DNA of 64,000 bases from Callorhinchus milii (Eukaryota). This document shows, piece by piece, positions 23,420 to 33,942 of the stretch. Numbering within the stretch: the stretch's first letter is position 1; every line of letters begins with the position of its first letter. A model generated the notes under the pieces. That model saw only the letters and a program-made list of their open reading frames with translations. It was not told the origin of the DNA and did no database searches. A program made the translations under genes and the position numbers. The DNA is taken from the NCBI RefSeq assembly GCF_018977255.1, contig NW_024704742.1, positions 76,820,001 through 76,884,000 of the forward strand. The letters run 5' to 3'.

Positions 23420-23768
23420 TAATCTTTACATTCGGTATAGCGCCTTATCACGTCTTCTGGATGTCTCAAAGCTCTTCACAGAATATAATAATAAATATAG
23501 AATATACTGTAAAATGAATTAACTGTATGCTTTATGGGCAAAATACGACATCCAATTGCGCACAGCAGAGTCCCACAAACATCGTGGATTAAATGACCAA
23601 ATTATTATATTTTTTAAAAATTGTTTTGAAGGGATTAATACCCCCGGAAAAGCGATCCACCATTAACTAACAAGCAGGTTCCTACTTACAGCTAGGTAAA
23701 CTGAGGCTAGGTAAACAGGGGCGTGTGGAGTAAGGAAACTTTCCCAATGTTTCTCCCTGCCAGGAATA
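23420..23768 (-). mobile_element. SINE family A, long form lacking most of the tRNA head
   Basis: Tail, body and central segment (with a duplicated gctaggtaaac). Confidence 0.85.
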
Positions 23769-23832
23769 GTTTGGTAGGCACAGACACACACAATATTTAT
23801 TGACGTATAAAGCATGTAAAGATGTAGAGATG

Positions 23833-26800
23833 TCAGGAGGGTGTGAAGAGTAACATGAGGAGTGTCAGGAGGAGTGTGTGCATGGTAACATGAGGAGGGG
23901 TGTCAGGAGTGTGTGCACAGAAACATGAGGAGGGGTGGCAGGAGGTGAGCACAGTAGCATGAGGAGGGGTGGCAGGAGGTGAGCACAGTAGCATGAGGAG
24001 GGGTGGCAGGAGGTGGCAGGAGGGTGTGCACAGTAACACGAGGAGGGGTGGCAGGAGGGTGTGCACAGTAACATGAGGAGGGGTAGCAGGAGGTGAGCAC
24101 AGTAACATGAGGAGGGGTGGCAGGAGGTGAGCACAGTGACATGAGGAGGGGTGGCAGGAGGGGTGCACAGTAACATGAGGAGGGGTGGCAGGAGGAGTGG
24201 CAGGAGGTGAGCACAGTGACATGGGGAGGGGTGGCAGGAGGGGTGGCAGTGACATGAGGAGGGGTGGCAGTGACATGGGGAGGGGTGGCAGGAGGTGGCA
24301 GTGACATGGGGAGGGGTGGCAGTGACATGGGGAGGGGTGGCAGGAGGTGGCAGTGACATGGGGAGGGGTGGCAGGAGGTGGCAGTGACATGGGGAGGGGT
24401 GGCAGGAGGTGGCATTGACATGGGGAGGGGGGCAGGAGGGGTGGCAGTGACATGGGGAGGGGTGGCAGGAGGGGTGGCAGTGACATGGGGAGGGGTGGCA
24501 GGAGGTGGCAGTGACATGGGGAGGGGTGGCAGTGACATGGGGAGGGGTGGCAGGAGGTGGCAGTGACATGGGGAGGGGTGGCAGGAGGTGGCAGTGACAT
24601 GGGGAGGGGTGGCAGGAGGGGTGGCAGTGACATGGGGAGGGGTGGCAGGAGGGGTGGCAGTGACATGGGGAGGGGTGGCAGGAGGGGTGGCAGTGACATG
24701 GGGGGGGGAGGGGGTGGCAGTGACATGGGGAGGGGGTGGCAGGAGGTGGCAGTGACATGGGGAGGGGTGGCAGTGACATGGGGAGTGGTGGCAGTGACAT
24801 GGGGAGGGGTGGCAGGAGGTGGCAGTGACATGGGGAGGGGTGGCAGGAGGGGTGGCAGTGACATGGGGAGGGGTGGCAGGAGGGGTGGCAGTGACATGGG
24901 GAGGGGTGGCAGTGACATGGGGAGGGGTGGCAGGAGGGGTGGCAGTGACATGGGGAGGGGTGGCAGTGACATGGGGAGGGGGTGGCAGTGACATGGGGAG
25001 GGGTGGCAGTGACATGGGGAGGGGTGGCAGGAGGTGGCAGTGACATGGGGAGGGGTGGCAGGAGGGGTGGCAGTGACATGGGGAGGGGTGGCAGGAGGGG
25101 TGGCAGTGACATGGGGAGGGGTGGCAGTGACATGGGGAGGGGTGGCAGTGACATGGGGAGGGGTGGCAGGAGGGGTGGCAGTGACATGGGGAGGGGTGGC
25201 AGTGACATGGGGAGGGGTGGCAGGGGGTGGCAGTGACATGGGGAGGGGTGGCAGTGACATGGGGAGGGGTGGCAGGAGGGGTGGCAGTGACATGGGGAGG
25301 GGTGGCAGGAGGGGTGGCAGTGACATGGGGAGGGGTGGCAGTGACATGGGGAGGGGTGGCAGTGACATGGGGAGGGGGTGGCAGGAGGTGGCAGTGACAT
25401 GGGGAGGGGTGGCAGGAGGTGGCAGTGACATGGGGAGGGGTGGCAGGATGTGGCAGTGACATGGGGAGGGGTGGCAGGAGGTGGCAGTGACATGGGGAGG
25501 GGTGGCAGGAGGTGGCAGTGACATGGGGAGGGGTGGCAGGAGGTGGCAGTGACATGGGGAGGGGTGGCAGGAGGTGGCAGTGACATGGGGAGGGGTGGCA
25601 GGAGGTGGCAGTGACATGGGGAGGGGTGGCAGGAGGTGGCAGTGACATGGGGAGGGGTGGCAGTGACATGGGGAGGGGTGGCAGTGACATGGGGAGGGGT
25701 GGCAGTGACATGGGGAGGGGGTGGCAGGAGGTGGCAGTGACATGGGAGGGGTGGCAGGAGGTGGCAGTGACATGGGGAGGGGTGGCAGGAGGTGAGCACA
25801 GTGACATGAGGAGGGGTGGCAGGAGGTGGCAGTGACATGGGGAGGGGTGGCAGGAGGTGGCAGTGACATGGGGAGGGGTGGCAGGAGGTGGCAGTGACAT
25901 GGGGAGGGTGGCAGGAGGTGGCAGTGACATGGGGAGGGGTGGCAGTGACATGGGGAGGGGTGGCAGTGACATGGGGAGGGGTGGCAGGGGTGGCAGTGAC
26001 ATGGGGAGGGGTGGCAGGGGGTGGCAGTGACATGGGGAGGGGTGGCAGTGACATGGGGAGGGGTGGCAGTGACATGGGGGGGTGGCAGGAGGGGTGGCAG
26101 TGACATGGGGGGGGGTGGCAGTGACATGGGGGGGGGGTGGCAGGAGGTGGCAGTGACATGGGGAGGGGTGGCAGGGGTGGCAGTGACATGGGGAGGGGTG
26201 GCAGGAGGTGGCAGTGACATGGGGAGGGGTGGCAGTGACATGGGGAGGGGTGGCAGTGACATGGGCAGGGGGTGGCAGTGACATGGGGAGGGGTGGCAGT
26301 GACATGGGGAGGGGTGGCAGTGACATGGGGAGGGGTGGCAGTGACATGGGGAGGGGTGGCAGGAGGGGTGGCAGTGACATGGGGAGGGTGGCAGTGACAT
26401 GGGGGGGTGGCAGTGACATGGGGAGGGGTGGCAGGAGGGGGGGGTGGCAGGGGGGTGGCAGTGACATGGGGAGGGTGCAGGGGTGGCAGTGACATGGGGA
26501 GGGGTGGCAGGAGGGTGGCAGTGACATGGGGAGGGGTGGCAGTGACATGGGAGGGGTGGCAGTGACATGGGAGGGGTGGCAGTGACATGGGGAGGGGTGG
26601 CAGGAGGGGGTGGCAGTGACATGGGGAGGGGTGGCAGTGACATGGGGAGGGGTGGCAGTGACATGGGGAGGGGTGGCAGGAGGGGTGGCAGTGACATGGG
26701 GAGGGGTGGCAGTGACATGGGGAGGGGTGGCAGTGACATGGGAGGGGTGGCAGGGCAGTGACATGGGAGGGGTGGCAGTGACATGGGGAGGGGTGGCAGT

Positions 26801-27229
26801 GACATGGGGAGGGGTGGCAGGAGGGTGGCAGTGACATGGGGAGGGGTGGCAGTGACATGGGGGGGGTGGCAGGAGGGGTGGCAGTGACATGGGGAGGGGT
26901 GGCAGTGACATGGGGAGGGGTGGCAGGAGGTGGCAGTGACATGGGGAGGGGTGGCAGGGGGTGGCAGTGACATGGGGAGGGGTGGCAGTGACATGGGGAG
27001 GGGTGGCAGGAGGGGTGGCAGTGACATGGGGAGGGGTGGCAGTGACATGGGGAGGGGTGGCAGGAGGGGTGGCAGTGACATGGGGAGGGGTGGCAGGAGG
27101 GGTGGCAGTGACATGGGGAGGGGTGGCAGTGACATGGGGAGGGGTGGCAGTGACATGGGGAGGGGTGGCAGTGACATGGGGAGGGGTGGCAGTGACATGG
27201 GGAGGGGTGGCAGGGGGTGGCAGGAGGGA
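23833..27229. repeat. G-rich minisatellite, about 3.4 kb, core unit GGCAGTGACATGGGGAGGGGT (21 bp) with interspersed GGCAGGAG(GG)GT subunits
   Basis: Tandem repeat is directly visible and explains the 1000+ aa minus-strand ORFs. Confidence 0.98.
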
Positions 27230-27600
27230 GCCGTTGCCTCCCCTTCACTTAATGCCATCAGTCGGATCTATCCATCCGGCGGAAAGAGTTGTTCAGGAAA
27301 CTGCTCGACACCCAGTCAGAGTGTCACAAATCACCCTGAGTGTGAGCTGTGCCCCCCCCCCGGCCCGCCCGGCCCCCGGGCCGCACACACTCACACACAC
27401 TCACACACCATGGCCAGCGCGGGGAGCAGCGCGGGACCTGAGGCAGACGAGGTAACTGAGTGGCTGCAGTGCAGCGCTCCCATTCCCTCCTCATATAATG
27501 TGCTTTACACTGCAAGTTTGCGCCGCACCGGTGACCGAGCGGAGAGGACACGTCGATACGGAATGACAACCTTTTTATTCCCCGGTGTGTGGCTGAAGCA
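27230..27600 (+). promoter_or_regulatory. CpG-enriched TTC39B promoter/5'UTR/exon 1 region
   Basis: Local CpG enrichment, CCCGCCC GC box near 27364, (CA/TCACA) repeat just before the ATG. Confidence 0.5.
27410..27451 (+). CDS. TTC39B: TTC39B coding exon 1 (MASAGSSAGPEADE)
   Basis: Kozak accATGg and donor GAG|gtaact. The peptide resembles the vertebrate TTC39B start MALLGSRAELEADE, and the gene is head-to-head with SNAPC3 as in mammals. Confidence 0.82.
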
Positions 27601-27654
27601 TTTTGCAACTCAGAAGGTTTAAATTGCTTTGATGTAACGACTGTATGTATTACT

Positions 27655-27710
27655 CAGTGAGTGTACGTGTGACTGACTGACTGACTGACTCACTCACTCA
27701 CTCACTGACT
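27655..27710. repeat. (GACT)n/(CACT)n tetranucleotide repeat
   Basis: gactgactgactgactgactcactcactcactcactgact. Confidence 0.8.
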
Positions 27711-28186
27711 TGACACATTCTTTCTCCATTTCCCACCGAAGGTTTGAAAACTTGGGGCAGAATTTTTTTTTTTTTTTTGGGGGGGGGGGGGGGTTTGAAA
27801 ACTGTGAAGAGGATATTCTTTCTCATCGTCGTTCAGTTCAGACATTTTATTTGCCCTCTGTGGAAAAGCACTGATTGTCACCATGTTCCTGACGAGAGGG
27901 TTATTCTCCTTCTCCCTCGGCTGCGTTGGTGCTTGGGCTTTGCTTTGGCGAAAGATAGTAACGCCTTTTTATGCCTATAAATGAACTGGGGATGTTGTGT
28001 GTGTTGTGTGTGTATTGAGGGGAAGCATTTCATAAATTGGATCGGAAATGGTGGGTGTGTTTATACACAGATTTGATCAGTGTCTAAACCAACCAGTCTC
28101 TCCCTCCCTCTCTCTCTCTCTCTCTCTCCATTACCCCAAGCACAGCTGCCAAGAAATACCCCAGTGCCTGACCCACTTCATCATTG

Positions 28187-28512
28187 TAATAATAATAATA
28201 ATAACAATCCTTGCGTTTGATATAGCGCTTTTCACGTCGGGAGGACGTCCCAGAGCGCTTCACAGAACACACTGTAAAGTGAATTGACTGTATATTTGTG
28301 GGCGAACGCGGCAGCCAATTGCGCACAGCAATGTCCCACGAACAGTCGTAGATTGAAGTGACCCAATTATTATTGTTTTTTTTTCTTGAGGGATTATTAT
28401 TAGGCTCTGTGTGGAGTAAGGAAACTTGCCCAAGTTTTCGCACTGACTGGAATTGAACTCAGGTCTCTCACTTGCAAAGCGAATGCTCTAACCACTGAGC
28501 TACAGGACTCCA
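28187..28512 (-). mobile_element. SINE family A, short form
   Basis: Near-identical to 62829-63151. Confidence 0.93.
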
Positions 28513-28606
28513 CAAATCATTGATTGCACTGAAGCCACTGAGACCTTTATATACCAGAAGCCTTTTCTGAAACCTGTCTATGAGACAGTTTCGCTGCGGG
28601 GTGTGT

Positions 28607-29985
28607 GTGAGACCGGGGCTGGTGTGGGAGCTGAGACCCGGGCTGGTGTGGGAGCCCAGACCCGGGCTGGTGTGGGAGCTGAGACCGGGGCTGGTGTGGG
28701 AGCTGAGACCGGGGCTGGTGTGTGAGCTGAGACCGGGGCTGGTGTGGGAGCCCAGACCCGGGCTGGTGTGTGAGCTGAGACCGGGGCTGGTGTGGGAGCT
28801 GAGACCGGGGCTGGTGTGGGAGCTGAGACCGGGGCTGGTGTGGGAGCTGAGACCGGGGCTGGTGTGGGAGCCCAGACCCGGGCTGGTGTGGGAGCTGAGA
28901 CCGGGGCTGGTGTGGGAGCTGAGACCGGGGCTGGTGTGGGAGCTGAGACCCGGGCTGGTGTGTGAGCTGAGACCGGGGCTGGTGTGGGAGCCCAGACCCG
29001 GGCTGGTGTGGGAGCTGAGATCCGGGCTGGTGTGTGAGCTGAGACCGGGGCTGGTGTGGGAGCTGAGACCGGGGCTGGTGTGGGAGCTGAGACCGGGGCT
29101 GGTGTGGGAGCTGAGACCGGGGCTGGTGTGGGAGCTGAGACCCGGGCTGGTGTGGGAGCTGAGACCGGGGCTGGTGTGGGAGCTGAGACCGGGGCTGGTG
29201 TGGGAGCTGAGACCGGGGCTGGTGTGGGAGCTGAGACCGGGGCTGGTGTGGGAGCTGAGACCGGGGCTGGTGTGGGAGCTGAGACCCGGGCTGGTGTGTG
29301 AGCTGAGACCGGGGCTGGTGTGGGAGCCCAGACCCGGGCTGGTGTGGGAGCTGAGACCGGGGCTGGTGTGGGAGCTGAGACCGGGGCTGGTGTGGGAGCT
29401 GAGACCCGGGCTGGTGTGGGAGCTGAGACCCGGGCTGGTGTGTGAGCTGAGACCGGGGCTGGTGTGTGAGCTGAGACCGGGGCTGGTGTGTGAGCTGAGA
29501 CCGGGGCTGGTGTGTGAGCTGAGACCGGGGCTGGTGTGTGAGCTGAGACCGGGGCTGGTGTGTGAGCTGAGACCGGGGCTGGTGTGTGAGCTGAGATCCG
29601 GGCTGGTGTGTGAGCTGAGACCGGGGCTGGTGTGTGAGCTGAGACCGGGACTGGTGTGGGAGCTGAGACCGGGGCTGGTGTGTGAGCTGAGACCGGGGCT
29701 GGTGTGGGAGCTGAGACCGGGGCTGGTGTGTGAGCTGAGACCGGGGCTGGTGTGGGAGCTGAGACCGGGGCTGGTGTGGGAGCTGAGATCCGGGCTGGTG
29801 TGTGAGCTGAGACCGGGGCTGGTGTGTGAGCTGAGACCGGGACTGGTGTGGGAGCTGAGACCGGGGCTGGTGTGTGAGCTGAGACCGGGGCTGGTGTGGG
29901 AGCTGAGACCGGGGCTGGTGTGGGAGCTGAGACCGGGGCTGGTGTGGTAGCCCAGACCCGGGCTGGTGTGGGAGCTGAGACCTGG
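28607..29985. repeat. 24-bp minisatellite GAGCTGAGACCGGGGCTGGTGTG(G/T), about 57 copies, in TTC39B intron 1
   Basis: Exact 24-bp periodicity with variant units (CCCAGACCC, GATCC, GGGACT). Confidence 0.98.
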
Positions 29986-30091
29986 GCTTTTGCAGAAAGC
30001 TGTGTGAAATCAATGTCTGCTCCTGAGACACTCACACGACAGGCTTCAGCTCCCTGTAGTAGCGATCTCCACACAAGGAACCTCCACAGGC

Positions 30092-30975
30092 TTTTTTTTG
30101 AAAATATGTATTTATTTATATATATAATATTTGGTACAACAGAAATCCAAAACAAACATAACATCTTCTGTTACAATTTTTTCCCTTTTCTCATGATACA
30201 AAACACATTCCGTTACGGTACATTCCTTCACCGCACATAAGTTGTGCACATGTTTTTCGGTACGCTCCCTTTAACACAGTCGGGAGTCACTCCTGTGTAC
30301 ACCACACCCATGTGCGAGCCCGCACACACCCTGATAAGGCAGACTTGCCGCTTTTGGAAGGCACCTGATGTGCACCGTACACCCACATATTTACCGACAC
30401 ATTTTTGGGATGCTCTTTGGTTACATCTTGAGCATCCTTCTGTACCCTTACTTCAGTCAGTTTTGGGTGAGCTCGTGGGCCACCTGGTGGGTTGTGTCAG
30501 AGTGGCTCCTGCTGGGGTCAGGCCCCATCTGGCCTTTGCTGTAGTTGAGTCGAACTTCAGCTTGTCCCTCAGTATATAGTCCCTGATCCTAGTGTGTGGG
30601 AGCCTGAGGCAGGCCTTACCGTCCCCTCGTTCTGCCAGAAGAACACCTAGTTTCAGGATTGCCAAAGGGCCTCCTTTACCGAGTTTATGATCATCCGGGC
30701 ACACTCGATATGTTTCACTGTGAGTGCCCGGGAAGAGTCGTACACCACTGAGTACCGTGACAGCGGGTCCCCAGGGACAAACCAAGAGAGAATCGAGTCC
30801 ATCTTTTTCCAAACCATCTTTACGAAGCAACACTCCAGGAAGAAGTGGTCCACACAATCGAGACAAGCAAATGAGTCTCAGCTTCCCCTCGCCCCCCCAC
30901 AGAAATGCTCGACTTTTAGTTGAAATGAATGTGTCTGTCTGAACAAGGCCCAAGTTCATCACCTTGCTCAAAGGC
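30092..30975 (-). mobile_element. Tx1/L1-group non-LTR retrotransposon 3' fragment (ORF2 C-terminus, 3'UTR, AATAAA, poly(A))
   Basis: Frameshifted ORF2 pieces GGE..., DHFFLECCFVKMVWKKM (zf-RVT-like), INSVKEALW and RIRDYILRDKLKFDSTTAKARWG. Minus-strand AATAAA at 30116-30111 and A8 at 30099-30092. Confidence 0.82.
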
Positions 30976-32151
30976 AGTGAGCAGGCACCAAATCTATTTT
31001 AAGATTGGAATACATTATGAACCCTCACATGTTATTTATGTATATGAATAGTCTTCTCTTCCCAGTCCCCCCTCCCCCCACCTCACTCCTCACTCCTTCC
31101 CCACTAATTGCAATGAATTGAATAAAAGAATTGCAATCAATCTGAATAAAGTGGCCTCTTTAAAAATAAACTGGGGTGGGCGGAAAATAACCGAGTGATC
31201 AGAATCCGATGACGCATCAGACTTACCATTAATAATTATAATCCTTGCATTTGATGTAGTGCCTTATCATATCTTGGAGACGTCTCAAAGCGCTTCGCAG
31301 AATATACAGTAAAGTGAATTGACTGTATATTTGTGGGTGAAGCTCGGCAACCAATTGCAATGAAGTACACAGATCCATTTTTGTCAATATTCAAACATTA
31401 GATCAAATTCGGTATTAATATTCATTGCCGGAAAAACAAGGCTGTTGTATATTTATAAATCACCCTGAAATGCCCATATCTGTATTACTTCAATTCGATT
31501 CTATTTTTAAAACACTGTGTTCTGCAAATGGACTTAGTAAAATCCAGTTCAAGGACCTGAGTTCATGCTGGTTGGATTTAATGTTTGTAGCAAGTGTTTG
31601 CTTGCATAGCAGCAGAAATGGGAAGAGAGAAATTGACTGATATGTGCAAACACAAAATTCTTTGAAATTTTGTTGATCCTCAGGAGGATCAAGGATGAGT
31701 AAATCTGTCCCTGTATGTCTTGAAGCTATGCGCTGAGTCAATATTCTAGTAAGAGAAACGGCACATAGAAGGAAAATTGTCTTCACATTATTCTTATTGA
31801 TATTGGATTGTGTGAAATCTTACCTCAGAGTGCAATGAATGCTGAGCACTTAGCTGACCAGTGTTCATCAGGTTCATGACTTATTAATTTAATAGTAAGA
31901 TTAAATCATGTTGAAATAAATAGTAATGAATAATACTTTGAGGAGTTTCTTTTATCTAAAAAGCACTATGTAAATGTCATCATCTTCATAGGAAGATGTC
32001 TTAATGAACTTCAAACATTGCATGCTTTGGAGTATAGTGATTGTTGTTATGTAAACCTTCATAGCAACAAATGTGCCCCACATATAGGAATGAGGTGAAT
32101 TATAAATGTTATCTTTTTGGTAAATCAGTGTTAGGGGAGGAATATTATATA

Positions 32152-32515
32152 ACAATAATTATCCTTGCATTTGATATGGCACCTTATCACATCTTCAAGA
32201 GTCTCAAAGCGCTTCACAGAATATACTGTAAAGACTGTATATCTTAGTGGGTGAAACGCAACACCAATTGCGCACAGCAGTGCCCCACAAACAGTCGTGG
32301 ATTGAAGTGACCAATTTTTTTTTGAAGGAATTATTACCCCCAGAAAAGAGATCCGCCAATCGACTTAACAACCGGGTACTTATTTACTGCTAGGTAAACA
32401 GATGTATGTGTGTGGAGTAAGGAAACTTGCCCAACATTACATCGTGCCCAGGAATCAAACCCAGGTCCTCTTGCTTGTGAGGCAAGTGCTCTAACCACTG
32501 ACCTATAGGACTCCA
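32152..32515 (-). mobile_element. SINE family A, long form
   Basis: Head, central segment, body and tail. Confidence 0.9.
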
Positions 32516-33876
32516 GTCCCTATCGTTTAGGACACGACATTTTAACTATGATACCAAAAGATCACCTTACTTGTAATGCATGGGATCTGTAAAATCCATC
32601 AGAATAAAGAAAAGGAACTTCTGACCAACAGCACCAGTGGCATTTATATAGCATCTTTCACATCAGGAGGATGATACAAGACACTGGGCAGTCAAGAGTT
32701 GCACCTGAGCTGGGGATTGGATTCAGGAGAGATAGGGGCCACGGGAGGTGGGAATGGGAAAAAGACTGAAGGTGCAGTCAAAGAGGAAGGTCTTGAGATG
32801 GGCCTTGAAGGAGGCAAGAGAAGACACTCGGGGATTGAGTTCCAGAAAGGCTGAAGGCCTGACTGCTAATGAGCAGAGGGAGTGGGCAGGTTGGCAAGAT
32901 CTTAGAAGATCAAATGTAATCTCATCTGAGCTACAGCACCTCCCACAGTGAAACCTCCTTAGCCGAGTTCAGATTATGAGCTCAAATCCTGGTATGGGTC
33001 TCAAATGCCCAACTTTTGACTCAGAGACAAGAGTACCAGCGAATGAGCCAAACTGATGCAAGAACCAATTTAAAGCATTTCAGTTGCTTGGAATACATTC
33101 AAGCATTGTGTTAGTTCTTAGCTTGGTATGATGTGAGTTGATATTGGTGTCAGGTACCATCTTTATGAAGTTGTTTGATAAGTTACTCCATGTGAAAGAT
33201 TTTTTTTATTTTTTTTATTTTTTGCAAGTTGTTGTTGCATATGGTTAGTAGGTTGGAGGGTGCTTCAATGCTATGAGAGTGAAACTCAGGTAATACAATG
33301 TAACAATAAAGTAACAACAGTAAAATCCTGATAACGTAACCCTGGCTTACCTTGTCATTAACACTTAAGTCATCATGCTGTCAATAGCCCAGCCGCATTT
33401 ATTTATTTATTTGCCTGCCTGCCTGTTTATTGATACATGCATGCATACATACATGCATACATGCATATGCCTCAGTCGCCACTCATGATAACTCTTCACT
33501 GACCCCCTTTTCCCTTGGAGTGATGAGGAGTTTACTGTATTTCTGATGAGGGTGGACAATAATTTTAGTCCACTCACCCAATTTCCCACAAAATTTCTTT
33601 GATGTATCCATCTCTCAATCTAACAACTGGATTGTTTTTGTTGACTGGAATTTTTCTAGGTACTTCATGAAACGCTCCATAATCTTAAAATACCTCTAGC
33701 GAGCTCATCCCCTGAATTTGTTCACATTTGTGTTGGACCCTGATTTGCTACTGTTGACAGCTGAGGCTTGGCTGCTGTCTGAGGAGATGAAATACACTAG
33801 GGAAAGAGAGATGAAAACTTGAAACAATGAAAAGGCAATTGTTCAGGTTGTGGAATATTACTTATGCCCCCTTTCT

Positions 33877-33942
33877 ACAACAACAGCAACAAAATTACAT
33901 TTATAGAGCGCCTTTCACGTCGGGAGGACGTCCCAAGGCGCT
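33877..33942 (-). mobile_element. Minimal L2 tail-only insertion
   Basis: Near-identical to the L2 tail at 21270-21333, with no ORF sequence attached. Confidence 0.85.

Noticed and set aside
23833..27258. 1000-1141 aa minus-strand ORFs (Pro/His/Cys-rich)
   Set aside because: All three frames are open because the minisatellite unit lacks stops on that strand. The peptides permute between frames and show no domain or splice structure.
28547..30164. 456-528 aa repetitive ORFs, and the possibility of a CRISPR-like array
   Set aside because: This is a pure 24-bp tandem repeat with no unique spacers, no cas genes and a vertebrate context. The ORFs are repeat artefacts.
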